Positions 10,671 to 21,374 are shown, counted from the first letter of the stretch. The stretch: DNA of 64,000 nucleotides from an uncultured Gammaproteobacteria bacterium (GCA_964408485.1 CAYOZJ010000003.1:1290-65289), one strand, 5' to 3'. Made by a program: numbers and translations. The notes: a model not told the origin generated them from the letters alone.

Positions 10671-13344
10671 AGCTCAATTCATAATAATTATATCCTGTAT
10701 CCTTTTTTGGTTTTTTGCCTCAATTTTATTTAATCCATATAGTCCTTTTACGACTCTCGTTTACATACACTCTCTTTTTACACAAGCAAAATCTGTTGAA
10801 ATAAAGGGTAACTTTACTGCGCAGGAAGATAATCTGGGTATTATTGCTTTACAAATGAAAGATTTGAAAGAGTCGAGAGAGCAGGGGTTGATAGATTTTT
10901 CTTTAGAAGAGAAAAATACGCATAGCGTGCTCTATGAAAGCTCCAACAAGATTGAACAAATTTATGAAAAGCCTTTTTTTGTTTTTGGATTCCCAAAAAT
11001 CATCGATTCTAAAGGAAAGCAGTATGTGTTTCGTCTAACCTCAGATGACAAAAACGTGAAGCATCTACTTGAATTAGATAAAGGAAATACCTTCTTAAGT
11101 AAATATGTATACACAAAACAATCACTCCATTCAGTACGTGATATTGTGCTATTTCTAGTAAAAAGGACAAAAATGCTTTTTCTCAATCCTGAAGCCTTTG
11201 TTTTTTCGCTTATTTATTTTATCTCACCCTTATTGCTTATATTTTTGATTCTCTATATAAGAAAACATTCGATACCTAAAATAAGACTGTGGAAAATAAA
11301 AAAACAAAAAGTTTCAGAGAGAAAACGAAAATCACAGATTTATAGGATTACAAACAATGATAAGTGGAACCTACCTTTCGTTATAAAACATAAGTTTGTT
11401 AAACGGTTTTCTGTTCATCTCTTTTTCTTATTGTTTAGCATATGTATCCTTTTGCCAATTCTCCTTGAACAATATGTTGTTCGTGCAAATGATCTCAACG
11501 GGACAGATGTGTATCAAATTTATGTTAGGACAGCAGTAAGAGCATATCACTCCTTTCCGCAGTGGAATCCATATATGCAGCAGGGGCTGCCACTTGTAGC
11601 AGATCCAATGCAAAGCATGTATAACCCTTTAGTGATCATTCCTATTATTGTTATGCCTACGTATGACATAGGGATAAAGATGGTGTATGTCGTGTCTCTT
11701 TTTTTTGCATGTGAAACCATGTTCCTTCTCATAAAAGAGTTTACAAGGTCTTCTAAAATTTCTTTTTTTATTGCGCTTACATTTGCAACTTCAGGGTATT
11801 CGGCAGCGCGACTTGTGGCAGGTCACATCGAATCTTTTGTTCCGTACTGCATTCTTCCCTTTTTCATTTTTGCTCTTTATAAGACCGTTACGAGGAAAAA
11901 ACTTTTTTGGAGCGGAGTGTTAGGACTTACGTGTACATATATTTTTTTCTCAGGTAGTATCTATTTTCTGCTTTTTGGATTTTACTGCATAGTAGGTCTT
12001 TCTCTTTACTATCTCTTTAAAGACAAAAGAGCACTTTTTTTTATTGGATTAAGTCTTTTTCTTTTCTTACTCTTTTCCTCTATTAAAATACTTCCTCTAT
12101 TGCAGTTACAAAATTCTCTGGGAAAAACAAGAGAACCGTTCCTGGGAAGTCAAACCCTCATAAGTATAATACGGTACTTATTTGTGCCGTTTAATACACC
12201 ATTCATTCTTGCGCACTTAGATGCTTTTCTCACTCCGGCATGGGCTGAATTAGAAAAAATTGCATTTGTTGGAATTTTTCCACTAATTGGACTTATCTGG
12301 TTAATAAAAAACATTCGAAAAATACAGATACCTCAAAAATCATTTCTCGTTGTGCTTTTTATTATTTGTACCTTGATTCTTATGCCAGGATGGGAATTAA
12401 ACCCACTCAATTGGGTAATTCATCTTGTGGGTACGCTTCAATTTTTCCGTGTACCAAGTAGAGCATTTGCATTTCTTATTGTTATTGTTCTAGTACTGTT
12501 TGGTATTTTCATGCGCATCATGATGAACAATAAAAAGCTTAAAAGGTTTATCATACCGGTACTTCTCATCAATCTTGTTTCTACAACGATTTTCTTTGAA
12601 GTGCTTCTTATTAAGCCAGAGAGTATTGCATATCCTATACCTCCCGCAAATAGTACGCTTTATGAGGACATTTTTTCTTGGTTAGAAGGGCATAATACCA
12701 AAAATACCTATGTAATGGCAGAAATTTCACCTAATGATGTTCCTGAGGACATTGCTTTTTATCATAATCAGCGATTGTTGAATACAAATTACGGCTTTAT
12801 ACTTAAAAATAGTCCAGCTGCGCATTTTGCAGATGTGCAAAGACCCACTCCTTTTTCATTCGCATATAATTATACAGATATACAGCCGGGTTATTTTATA
12901 GATCCTCATAATCAAATTATAGATATTCCTCCTTATGCAAAAAAAGTCTATCAGACAGGTGATACTTCTTTGTATCAATTGCCAGATGGTAGACCATTTG
13001 CTCTTGTCCAGAGGGGTAAGGAAGCAATTGCGACAGTGAGTGCTATTTTTGGCTTAAACAGTTTTCGCGTAAGAGCTATAGGCAGTGACAATGGAGTACT
13101 TTCTCTTGCCGAAATGAATTATCCTGGGTGGAATGTGAGTGTGGACGGTAAAAATGCTAGGTTGCAAAACAGTAGGTTTCTAGAAGTAAAAACACAGCCT
13201 GGTGATCATGTCTATGATTTTTCATTTTCATCAAAACCATTTTTCTTAGGATTTCTCATTTCTCTTATTTCTCTCACGGGATTTTTCCTCTGGGTGGGAA
13301 TTACTTTTTTCTTGAAGCGTCGGATTTTTTTAACATATTTTTAA
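10654..13344 (+). CDS. YfhO-like GT-C membrane glycosyltransferase with extra N-terminal domain
   Basis: FPQWNPYMQQGLPLVADP, AGH, FRVPSR and C-terminal EMNYPGWNVSVDGK, typical of YfhO-like proteins. Confidence 0.7.
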   Translation: MITKHRAQFIIIISCILFWFFASILFNPYSPFTTLVYIHSLFTQAKSVEIKGNFTAQEDNLGIIALQMKDLKESREQGLIDFSLEEKNTHSVLYESSNKIEQIYEKPFFVFGFPKIIDSKGKQYVFRLTSDDKNVKHLLELDKGNTFLSKYVYTKQSLHSVRDIVLFLVKRTKMLFLNPEAFVFSLIYFISPLLLIFLILYIRKHSIPKIRLWKIKKQKVSERKRKSQIYRITNNDKWNLPFVIKHKFVKRFSVHLFFLLFSICILLPILLEQYVVRANDLNGTDVYQIYVRTAVRAYHSFPQWNPYMQQGLPLVADPMQSMYNPLVIIPIIVMPTYDIGIKMVYVVSLFFACETMFLLIKEFTRSSKISFFIALTFATSGYSAARLVAGHIESFVPYCILPFFIFALYKTVTRKKLFWSGVLGLTCTYIFFSGSIYFLLFGFYCIVGLSLYYLFKDKRALFFIGLSLFLFLLFSSIKILPLLQLQNSLGKTREPFLGSQTLISIIRYLFVPFNTPFILAHLDAFLTPAWAELEKIAFVGIFPLIGLIWLIKNIRKIQIPQKSFLVVLFIICTLILMPGWELNPLNWVIHLVGTLQFFRVPSRAFAFLIVIVLVLFGIFMRIMMNNKKLKRFIIPVLLINLVSTTIFFEVLLIKPESIAYPIPPANSTLYEDIFSWLEGHNTKNTYVMAEISPNDVPEDIAFYHNQRLLNTNYGFILKNSPAAHFADVQRPTPFSFAYNYTDIQPGYFIDPHNQIIDIPPYAKKVYQTGDTSLYQLPDGRPFALVQRGKEAIATVSAIFGLNSFRVRAIGSDNGVLSLAEMNYPGWNVSVDGKNARLQNSRFLEVKTQPGDHVYDFSFSSKPFFLGFLISLISLTGFFLWVGITFFLKRRIFLTYF

Positions 13345-14008
13345 TATAAAAAACACCTAGATACATCTTGATTGCGGATAGTATTCGCGTTGTGCTCTTG
13401 CCGCCAAACCGTGGAGGAAAAAGAATAGGAACTTCAAGTATGGGTATATGCGCATTGACGCATTTGGCAATAAGCTCTGCATCAATTAAATCATCTTTTG
13501 ATGTAAGTTGTATTTTTTTTGCAACACTTGCTGGCATAACTTTCGGCGTACCATTAACATCCCAAACAGGAGTATGAAGAAGTAATCGGCATTCAATGTT
13601 ATACAGCGTAGATCCAAGGTTTCTTAACCAACTGAGATGCAGTATTCTTGTTGCTTTAATGACAACAGATGTATTATTTTCCGCATACGTAAGGATCGTG
13701 AGAAGATCTTCTATTCTTGTTCTTGCAGAGTTGGTATAGCATATATATTCTCCTTTTGCTTCATGAATTCCCTTTATTATTGCATTTCCCCATCCCGGCT
13801 CTTTTAAATAGATAATTTTTGCAGATTGAAATTTTGAAATAGATTTCTTAGCAGCAGTAAAAGATTCGTTGTCGTCTCCATTAATTACAAGAATAATTTC
13901 AAAGGGTTTATCAAGCTTTTTAAGACCTTTTGCGTAGGTTTGGAGAAGTGTGGGGATTTGACGTGACTGATGATAAATAGGCAGGATAACAGAAAATATT
14001 GTTGACAT
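13301..14008 (-). CDS. GT2 family glycosyltransferase (polyprenol-phosphate GT-like)
   Basis: FSVILPIY, EIILVING, GWGNAI, EVPILFPPRFGGKS; ORF track start is 14044. Confidence 0.75.
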   Translation of the reverse strand: MSTIFSVILPIYHQSRQIPTLLQTYAKGLKKLDKPFEIILVINGDDNESFTAAKKSISKFQSAKIIYLKEPGWGNAIIKGIHEAKGEYICYTNSARTRIEDLLTILTYAENNTSVVIKATRILHLSWLRNLGSTLYNIECRLLLHTPVWDVNGTPKVMPASVAKKIQLTSKDDLIDAELIAKCVNAHIPILEVPILFPPRFGGKSTTRILSAIKMYLGVFYIKNMLKKSDASRKK

Positions 14009-14108
14009 ATTTTGCATTCTCTCAAGACAAGAAATTATTTGCAATAATCAAACATACAATGAGCCTGTACAAAAAGATTTTTTTGTGTATAATTTGGTAC
14101 ACCAACCA

Positions 14109-14837
14109 ATGAAGAAGTTTAATCATACGCTTTTAACAAAAGCTCAGAAAACAACACGAAAAAGAATTCTAGAAATTAGTTTTCAGCAACACCTCTCTCA
14201 TATTGGGTCTTGTCTTGGGGTTGTTGACCTGATTGATGTCGTGTATGGTCTCAAAAGAAAAAAAGATAAATTTGTTTTATCCAATGGTCATGCAGGAGTT
14301 GCGTTGTATACTATCTTGGAAAAATACAAAAAAATAACAAAAGATACTACTCCAACCCTTCATATTCATCCAGACAGAAATACTGACTATGATATTCACG
14401 TTTCCTCAGGAAGTCTTGGCCTTGGTTTCCCTATTGCACTGGGTATGGCTCTTGCAGATAAAGCTACAACAATTTATTGTTCTATATCAGACGGGGAGGC
14501 AGCAGAAGGAAGTGTTTGGGAAACATTTCGGATAGCAGCAGAAAGAAGGGTTAGCAATATAAAAATACTTGTGAATGCAAATGGGTGGGGAGCATATGGA
14601 AGAGTGGAGTTAAAAAATCTTCTTAAGCGAATTCAAGCATATGATGTAAAAGTAAAAGTTGTAGATGGTCACAATATCAAGCAACTTACATCAGCACTTA
14701 AAATAAAAACCAAAAAACCCCTTGTTGTTTTTGCAAATACGAGAAGTGACCAGTTTTCCTTTCTTTCGGATTTAGAAGCACATTATTATGCAATGAATGA
14801 AACGGATTATCAAAAAGCATTAGTATTCCTATCATGA
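14109..14837 (+). CDS. Transketolase-like ThDP enzyme, N-terminal (PP) subunit
   Basis: SHIGSCL, FVLSNGH, SSGSLGLG, ThDP motif SDGEAAEG...N; TATAAT at 14088 favours ATG 14109. Confidence 0.85.
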   Translation: MKKFNHTLLTKAQKTTRKRILEISFQQHLSHIGSCLGVVDLIDVVYGLKRKKDKFVLSNGHAGVALYTILEKYKKITKDTTPTLHIHPDRNTDYDIHVSSGSLGLGFPIALGMALADKATTIYCSISDGEAAEGSVWETFRIAAERRVSNIKILVNANGWGAYGRVELKNLLKRIQAYDVKVKVVDGHNIKQLTSALKIKTKKPLVVFANTRSDQFSFLSDLEAHYYAMNETDYQKALVFLS

Positions 14838-15340
14838 AGCAACAACCAATATATAAACGACTTATGCGGGCAGCTTTTGCCCATGAAGTCTATAAGCACA
14901 TGAAGAAAAATAAAAATATTTGGGTTGTTGTCGGAGATTTTGGATATAAGATGTGGGATGATGTACAACGTGATTTTCCTGATAGATTTATTAATGTAGG
15001 CGCGGCAGAAGTTGCTATGATGGGAATTGCTGTTGGTCTTGCACAAGAAGGAAAAATACCAATTGTCTATACAGCAACAACATTTCTCCTCTATAGACCA
15101 TTTGAAGTAATTAGAAATTACATCAACTACGAGAAATCCCCAGTACGGCTTGTTGGATCAGGAAGAGAAAGAAATTACGAAGAAGATGGTATTACTCATT
15201 GGGTTGAGGAAGATAAGGAAATTATGAAAATTTTTTCCAATATTACACCTGTTTGGCCAAAAACAATTCAAGAGATTCCGGCACTTGTTACTAAAATACT
15301 TAAGGAACATAAACCATGGTATATAAACTTAATCCGTTAA
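14834..15340 (+). CDS. Transketolase-like pyrimidine-binding subunit (no C-terminal domain)
   Basis: FPDRFINVGAAE, GLAQEG, RPFEVIR, GITHW; only 168 aa. Confidence 0.8.
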   Translation: MKQQPIYKRLMRAAFAHEVYKHMKKNKNIWVVVGDFGYKMWDDVQRDFPDRFINVGAAEVAMMGIAVGLAQEGKIPIVYTATTFLLYRPFEVIRNYINYEKSPVRLVGSGRERNYEEDGITHWVEEDKEIMKIFSNITPVWPKTIQEIPALVTKILKEHKPWYINLIR

Positions 15341-16344
15341 AAAAACAAAAAAAAGAAACTGCCCGTCTTATCGCAAAGTTAAAAGGTCCAATACTCATTT
15401 TTGGTGTAGGTGGTTTTGTTGGTGTAAATCTTATACAACAAATTCTCCTACACAGAAAAGATGTTTACGGAGTTACGCATAGTAAGAAAAAAAACTGGAG
15501 ACTTCATGGTGCAAGAATTCCTCAAAAAAATCTTATTTCGTGCGATATTCTTGAATCTAAAAATTTGAAGAAGGTTTTAGAAAAAATAAAACCTAAAACA
15601 GTATTTAATTTAGCTGCATACGGCGCATATGCAAAACAAACAGATCCAGAATTAATTTATAAAACTAACGTTACTGCAACAGTGGGAATATTGGAAATTC
15701 TTAAAGAAATGAAGCTCGTAGCATACATTCATGCAGGATCACAATCGGAATATGGATTAAACGCCAAAGCACCAAAGGAAGGTGACGAACTCATTCCCAA
15801 TAGTCACTATGCTGTTTCAAAAGTCGCAGATTATTACTTATTAAAGTATTACGGAAAGATCCTTTCCATACCGGTAATTCATCTACGTTTATACTCCGCG
15901 TATGGTCCATGGGAAGAATTGGATCGTCTAATGCCAGTTTTATTATATAAAGCAAAACAAGGAACATTGCCTCCTTTTGTAGACCCTTCAATTTCGCGGG
16001 ACTTTGTTTATATAGATGATATTATTTCTGCGCTTCTTCTTGCTGCAATAAAAATGAAAAAGTCACTTTTTGGCGAAGTATTTAATGTTGCAACTGGGAA
16101 ACAGACAACAATTAAGCAACTTGCATTATTGGTAAAACGAACATTTCTTGTAGAAGAAAATCCACAATTTGGAACAATGAAAAATAGAAAGTGGGATGTT
16201 GTTACATGGTATGGGAATAATAAAAGGATTAAGAAAGTTTTGGGATGGAAACAGACAGTTTCTTTACGAGAAGGAATAAAACTGACTGTTGCGTGGCAAG
16301 AAAAAGTTGGGTATGATAAACTCCTTACAAAATATGCCAAATAA
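15316..16344 (+). CDS. NAD-dependent epimerase/dehydratase (4-keto reductase-like)
   Basis: GVGGFVG, NLAAYG, YAVSK, RLYSAYGP, RDFVYIDD. Confidence 0.85.
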   Translation: MVYKLNPLKKQKKETARLIAKLKGPILIFGVGGFVGVNLIQQILLHRKDVYGVTHSKKKNWRLHGARIPQKNLISCDILESKNLKKVLEKIKPKTVFNLAAYGAYAKQTDPELIYKTNVTATVGILEILKEMKLVAYIHAGSQSEYGLNAKAPKEGDELIPNSHYAVSKVADYYLLKYYGKILSIPVIHLRLYSAYGPWEELDRLMPVLLYKAKQGTLPPFVDPSISRDFVYIDDIISALLLAAIKMKKSLFGEVFNVATGKQTTIKQLALLVKRTFLVEENPQFGTMKNRKWDVVTWYGNNKRIKKVLGWKQTVSLREGIKLTVAWQEKVGYDKLLTKYAK

Positions 16345-17251
16345 TTTTAAATTCTTTATGATTTCCGCGATGTACGAAAACGGCGGAAATACATTGCAAC
16401 GTCATTTAGACGGACATTCTAAGCTTTTTGTTTATCCATTTGAATCTCAAGTCGGGACAAAAAATACATGGGATTATCTTTCTTCTTTCGTTCCGCATAA
16501 ATATCGATGGCCACAATTTCAGTTAGAAGAAAGTCCAGAACAAATGTATGAAGACATATGGGATGAAGAGGTAAAATTTCGGATAAAAGCTCCACAAATG
16601 AGTAAATTCAAAGATATAGAAATTATTTTAGACGATAAAGAACGAAAGAAAATTTTTGTAAAACTTCTTGGTAAACATATTACTCGTTCTCGTGCCGTTG
16701 AGGCATTTTATGAATCAACATTTCTTGCATGGAAAAATTATAGAAAAAGCGGAAAAGAAGATACATATGTTGGATACAATCCTGTTCAAATTCTCGATGC
16801 AGAAAAAATTATTGAAGATTTTCCAAAGGCAAAGATTATTCATATTGTCAGAAATCCGTATTCAGGGTATGCTGATACAAAGCATAGGCCTGCACCACTG
16901 AGTCTTTCTCGCTATATCAACACATGGAATGTTGTACAGCTTGCAGCAATAACGTTTGCAAAAAAATTCCCCAATAATGTTACCATCGTAAAATTTGAAG
17001 ATTTGATTGAAAATAAAAGAAAATTTTTTATGTCACTTTGTAAAAACCTGGGAATCCGTTTTGAAGAGAGTCTTCTGTTTCCATCTTGGAATAAAGAAAA
17101 GCTCGAAAATCAATATCCATGGGGAACAATTCAGTATCCAACGGTTGCGTATAATCTAGAAAAAATACAAGAGCTGTCCAAAAAAGAGCATGATGAGATT
17201 AGCTTACTCACTGCTCATTTTAATGATTACTTCAATTACAAAAGATTCTAA
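16334..17251 (+). CDS. Sulfotransferase-family protein (divergent PAPS loop)
   Basis: GGNTLQRHLDGHS, FPKAKIIHIVRNP, VKFEDL match sulfotransferase 5'-PSB/3'-PB spacing; ORF track start is 16289. Confidence 0.65.
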   Translation: MPNNFKFFMISAMYENGGNTLQRHLDGHSKLFVYPFESQVGTKNTWDYLSSFVPHKYRWPQFQLEESPEQMYEDIWDEEVKFRIKAPQMSKFKDIEIILDDKERKKIFVKLLGKHITRSRAVEAFYESTFLAWKNYRKSGKEDTYVGYNPVQILDAEKIIEDFPKAKIIHIVRNPYSGYADTKHRPAPLSLSRYINTWNVVQLAAITFAKKFPNNVTIVKFEDLIENKRKFFMSLCKNLGIRFEESLLFPSWNKEKLENQYPWGTIQYPTVAYNLEKIQELSKKEHDEISLLTAHFNDYFNYKRF

Positions 17252-18302
17252 AAGCATTCTTCGAGATGCCAGGAAGTTTGATCTACTCCGAAAAAAACAA
17301 TTTCATCCAAAATCAGACATATCAATAGGTGGTGAAAAGCTCACGCAACTAAGAGAAGCGTATAAAAAAACTTCAAAAAAAACATTGACAGATCTTGTCG
17401 AGAATTCCATCAATGAAAAAGTACTATCAATTAGCCCTGTTAAAAACAAAAGTACATTTCATACTCTTTTTTTTGCAACAACAAAGACACGTCGCGTTAT
17501 AATAAAACTTAATGTTATTGGAAAAAGGAGTAGTGGATTTCCCTTTGTTATTGAAGAGTTTTTTCAACAATTGCTTCAAGTAAAACGTATGCCTTCTCTT
17601 GCTGTAAAGGTTGATGTTTCTAAAACATCTGCTCCATTTGAATATGAAATTATAGAAGTTGCAGAGGGAGAAAGTTTGGAAAACCAAAATAACAAAAAAA
17701 TATATACACAATTAGGAAAATTGTTTAAAAAAATTCATTCACTAAAAGGTAATAACGCAGGACTTATTAGCATTGAGTCTTTAGCGCTAAATAAACTGGT
17801 AGGTCTTTCAGCATCATGGAGAAAATTCTTCTTTATAAATTTTGATGTCCATGTAAGAAAAGTTATACAGTTTGGAATGTTATCCAAGGCTGATGGAGCT
17901 TTTGTTAAAAAAATGAGCGAGAAATATGTGACAAATAGCAAAAAAATGAGCCTTCTTCACAATGACCCAAGTCTCCGAAATATGTATGCGGATAGCAAAA
18001 AAATAACTGCACTATTAGATTGGGAAGATGCAATTATTGGAGATCCACTTTTTGAAGTTGCAAATATGCATACATTTCTTTTTTTACCATCACATTTTTA
18101 TGCATTTGAATCCTTTTGTGATGGATATGGGGTAGCGCTATCAACGCTTTTTACTAACCCACTCTACTGGGTGTATTATCTTCGCATTGCATTGTTTAAA
18201 GCAGTAAGCAGAAATAGAGAAGGATATTACAATAATGATGGGTTTAAGATAGATAAAATAAGGATTGATACAGCCCTTATAGAATTGAGAAAATATTTAT
18301 GA
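17190..18302 (+). CDS. APH/choline-kinase-like phosphotransferase
   Basis: Brenner motif LLHNDPSLRN and LDWEDAIIGDP; start may be 17223. Confidence 0.8.
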   Translation: MMRLAYSLLILMITSITKDSKSILRDARKFDLLRKKQFHPKSDISIGGEKLTQLREAYKKTSKKTLTDLVENSINEKVLSISPVKNKSTFHTLFFATTKTRRVIIKLNVIGKRSSGFPFVIEEFFQQLLQVKRMPSLAVKVDVSKTSAPFEYEIIEVAEGESLENQNNKKIYTQLGKLFKKIHSLKGNNAGLISIESLALNKLVGLSASWRKFFFINFDVHVRKVIQFGMLSKADGAFVKKMSEKYVTNSKKMSLLHNDPSLRNMYADSKKITALLDWEDAIIGDPLFEVANMHTFLFLPSHFYAFESFCDGYGVALSTLFTNPLYWVYYLRIALFKAVSRNREGYYNNDGFKIDKIRIDTALIELRKYL

Positions 18303-19333
18303 TGAAAAGACCATTTTTTTCCATACCTATCGCAACTTACAATAGAGCAGATGATGTAAATTTTGCCATTAAGCGTATCCTTGCTCAAACCTTTAAAGAC
18401 TTCGAATTAATTATTTGTGATGACAATTCAAGCGATAATACAGAAGAGGTAGTTAAAAAATATAAAGACAAGCGGATAAGATACTACCGAAACAAAAAAA
18501 ATCTTGGAGCGGTCAAAAATATTGGCAAGGTTTTGGAATACGTCAGAGGAGAGTATATTTTTCTTCATGGCGATGATGATTATCTGTTGTATGATAATGT
18601 TCTTCAAAATGTTTATACGCTTATTCATAAATACAACGCAGGACTTATTAGGCTCAATTATGTGTACCAAACCTTTGATAAGCATGATATTTTTGATTAT
18701 GTAAGGAACAAATTTGTTACAAAAGATCTCGTTTTTAAGCCTCATGCAGATCCTGAGAGAATCGTAGAGTATATAGATAAAATTGATTTACATTTTATAA
18801 CAGGAATCATTTTCAAGAATATCTACCCGAAAAGAATTTCGATTATAGACTCAGAATTTATTCCGTGGTTTGAAGTGTGTTTTAGAAGTCTTGAATCAGG
18901 CGGTGGATTTTTTCAATACTCCCATTCAATTATTGCATCCTGGTCTCATCAGGATAAGCATCCTGCGCATTTTGTTGTGAATGGAAAGCTTTCATGGGAA
19001 AAGACATATACTGTTATTCGAAAAGTAGCAGGAGAAGCAAGTTATAGAAAAACACTGAATAGGCAAATTGCTATAAACGTTAATCTTTTAGCAGTTATTA
19101 AATACAATTCTAATAATAGCAATCTTCTTATGTATGCAAAAAGACTAAGACAACTTGACCCTTCGCACACATGGTCAATACGATATTGGGTAACGCTATT
19201 TGCAGCATATTGTACTCCTAAATTTGTCCTTAAGTTTGTTAGAGACATCTATATTCATAATGTAAAAGGAAGAGGGAAAATGAAAGGCTATCGATCAGCA
19301 TTAAAGCAGGTATATACTGTAAGGGGCTTTTAA
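18299..19333 (+). CDS. GT2 family glycosyltransferase
   Basis: SIPIATYNR, DDNSSDNT, HGDDD. Confidence 0.9.
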   Translation: MMKRPFFSIPIATYNRADDVNFAIKRILAQTFKDFELIICDDNSSDNTEEVVKKYKDKRIRYYRNKKNLGAVKNIGKVLEYVRGEYIFLHGDDDYLLYDNVLQNVYTLIHKYNAGLIRLNYVYQTFDKHDIFDYVRNKFVTKDLVFKPHADPERIVEYIDKIDLHFITGIIFKNIYPKRISIIDSEFIPWFEVCFRSLESGGGFFQYSHSIIASWSHQDKHPAHFVVNGKLSWEKTYTVIRKVAGEASYRKTLNRQIAINVNLLAVIKYNSNNSNLLMYAKRLRQLDPSHTWSIRYWVTLFAAYCTPKFVLKFVRDIYIHNVKGRGKMKGYRSALKQVYTVRGF

Positions 19334-19338
19334 ACTGC

Positions 19339-21374
19339 ATGAGAAAATACATTGTACCGCTAATTCTCTCGATTATTATATTTTTGCCTTTGTTGTATAT
19401 CTTTAGGAATTGGTTTTCCTCTGAGCTTTTAGTAAGTGGGGATTGGGTTTATTATTGGAGTCATACTGTTTCAGAAATTCACGGTATCCAGCTTGGGATA
19501 GTAGGCATATGGGGATGGGGGTAAGTATCTTGCCAACACTGTGGTTGGAGTCGTATTTTCTCGCGACAATAAAAACATCTCTTTTCCTTGGATGGAATTG
19601 GTATGAAAAGATTTTTTGGTTTTGGCCATATCTTTTTTTTGGTTTTTTGTCTGGTTGGTTGCTTTCTGTTTATTTTTTTAGATCAAAAATCTTTGCTCTC
19701 CTTGGGGGTCTTCTTTATATAGCAAATACATACGCATTACTCCTTATTGGAGGAGGACAAATGGGCATTGCACTGTCTTACTCGATAGCTCCATTTGGCA
19801 TCATTGCATTTGAGGAGTTATTAAAAAAATTAACATTGAAAAGTGTAATTATTTTCTCTATTACATTTTCGCTTATATTCCTTTTGGATATCCGAATCGG
19901 ATATATTCTTGTGTGGTATTTTGGTGTCCGTTTCCTTTTTGAATTACCATATCTATCACAAGATAAACTTAAAAAATATCTCTATCTATTTCCACTCTCC
20001 GGGATCTTTATTGCAGGACTTCATGCTTTTTGGCTCGTGCCAACAATCGTAACGCACGGAGCGGCAATTAGTAGTCGATTTGGTGATATCTATACCTCGT
20101 CAAAATCAATTCAATTTTTTAGTTTTGCAAAATTTGAAGATGCATTAGGACTTCTTCATCCCAACTGGCCAGAAAATATTTTTGGACTCACTCATTTTTT
20201 TAGACCTGAATTTTTACTTTTGCCACTTTTAGCCTTTGGGTCATTATTTTTTGTAAATTTAAAACCTAAAACAGAAAATATAAAAGGAAAATCTCAAAAC
20301 ATGTATATATTACTTTTTGCGCTAATAGGACTTGTTGGAATTTTTCTTGCAAAAGGAGCAAACGATCCATTTGGTAATATTTACCTTTGGCTTTTTGACC
20401 ATGTTCCAGGATTTATTATGTTTCGAGATCCAACGAAATGGTACTTACTGATTGTTATCTCCTACGCTGTACTTATTCCCTTTGTTTTCAAAAGCAGTGC
20501 ACTACATATATCTCAAAAAATAAAAACAATTAAAGAATATGATGTGCTGTTAACGACATTCCTTATAGGTATTTGCCTTATTTTCTCGCTTATTTTGCCA
20601 GCGCTTTTGGGTCAACTTGGTGGTACTTTTAAGCAACATGTACTTCCGATTGAGTATGTGCATCTTGAAAAATTTTTAGATAATCAAAAAGGTTTTAATC
20701 GTACTCTCTGGATACCACAAGTACAAAGATTTGGATTTTTTTCCAATAATCATCCTGCAATAAGCGCTTATGATTTTTATCATACTGCAAGTATTTCCGG
20801 AGTTATTGATAATGTGTATGGAAAGAATTCTCTTCAAATGCTTCAAGAGGCAGCGATAGGATACATTATTGTTCCATATGATAGTCAGGGAGAGCTATTT
20901 CTTAAAGATAGAAAATATAGCCAAAACGTTTTTGATAACACGTACCGTGAGGTAAAAAACATTTCTTGGGTATCGGAAATACCTGGATTTGGCAAGATGC
21001 ATGTTTTTCAGGTTCCAAGTCCGTACGACCATTTCTGGACTTCTGGGTCTCATGCAAAAATTCAATACACAATGATTAGTCCAACAGACTATTTAGTTTC
21101 TGTTAAAAATGCGCAAAGGGGGACACAGCTTATTTTTTCTGAGAGCTTTGATACACAATGGGTTGCAGTTGTGGAGGGACAACGTATATTCCCTAAAAAC
21201 TTTAATGGACTAAACGAATTCTGGCTTAATAGAAGTGGGAATTATACTATTCGAGTCCACTATTTGCCTCAAGACTATATGACTCAAGGGATATGGATAA
21301 GTGGGGTAACTTTGGGTTTTGTTGGCTGTTTAGCTTTGTTTTTACACCTAAAAAGTGGTAAAATAGTCGAATGA
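19339..21374 (+). pseudogene. GT-C-type membrane glycosyltransferase split by a one-base frameshift near 19478 (or sequencing error)
   Basis: ORF 19339-19524 gives TM1 and SGDW; ORF 19443-21374 continues YPAW...PGFIMFRDPTKW...YLPQ; adding one T in GAAATTCA joins them. Confidence 0.65.

Noticed and set aside
19460-19500. Programmed -1 frameshift in the split GT-C gene
   Set aside because: No in-frame X-XXY-YYZ slippery site or homopolymer tract
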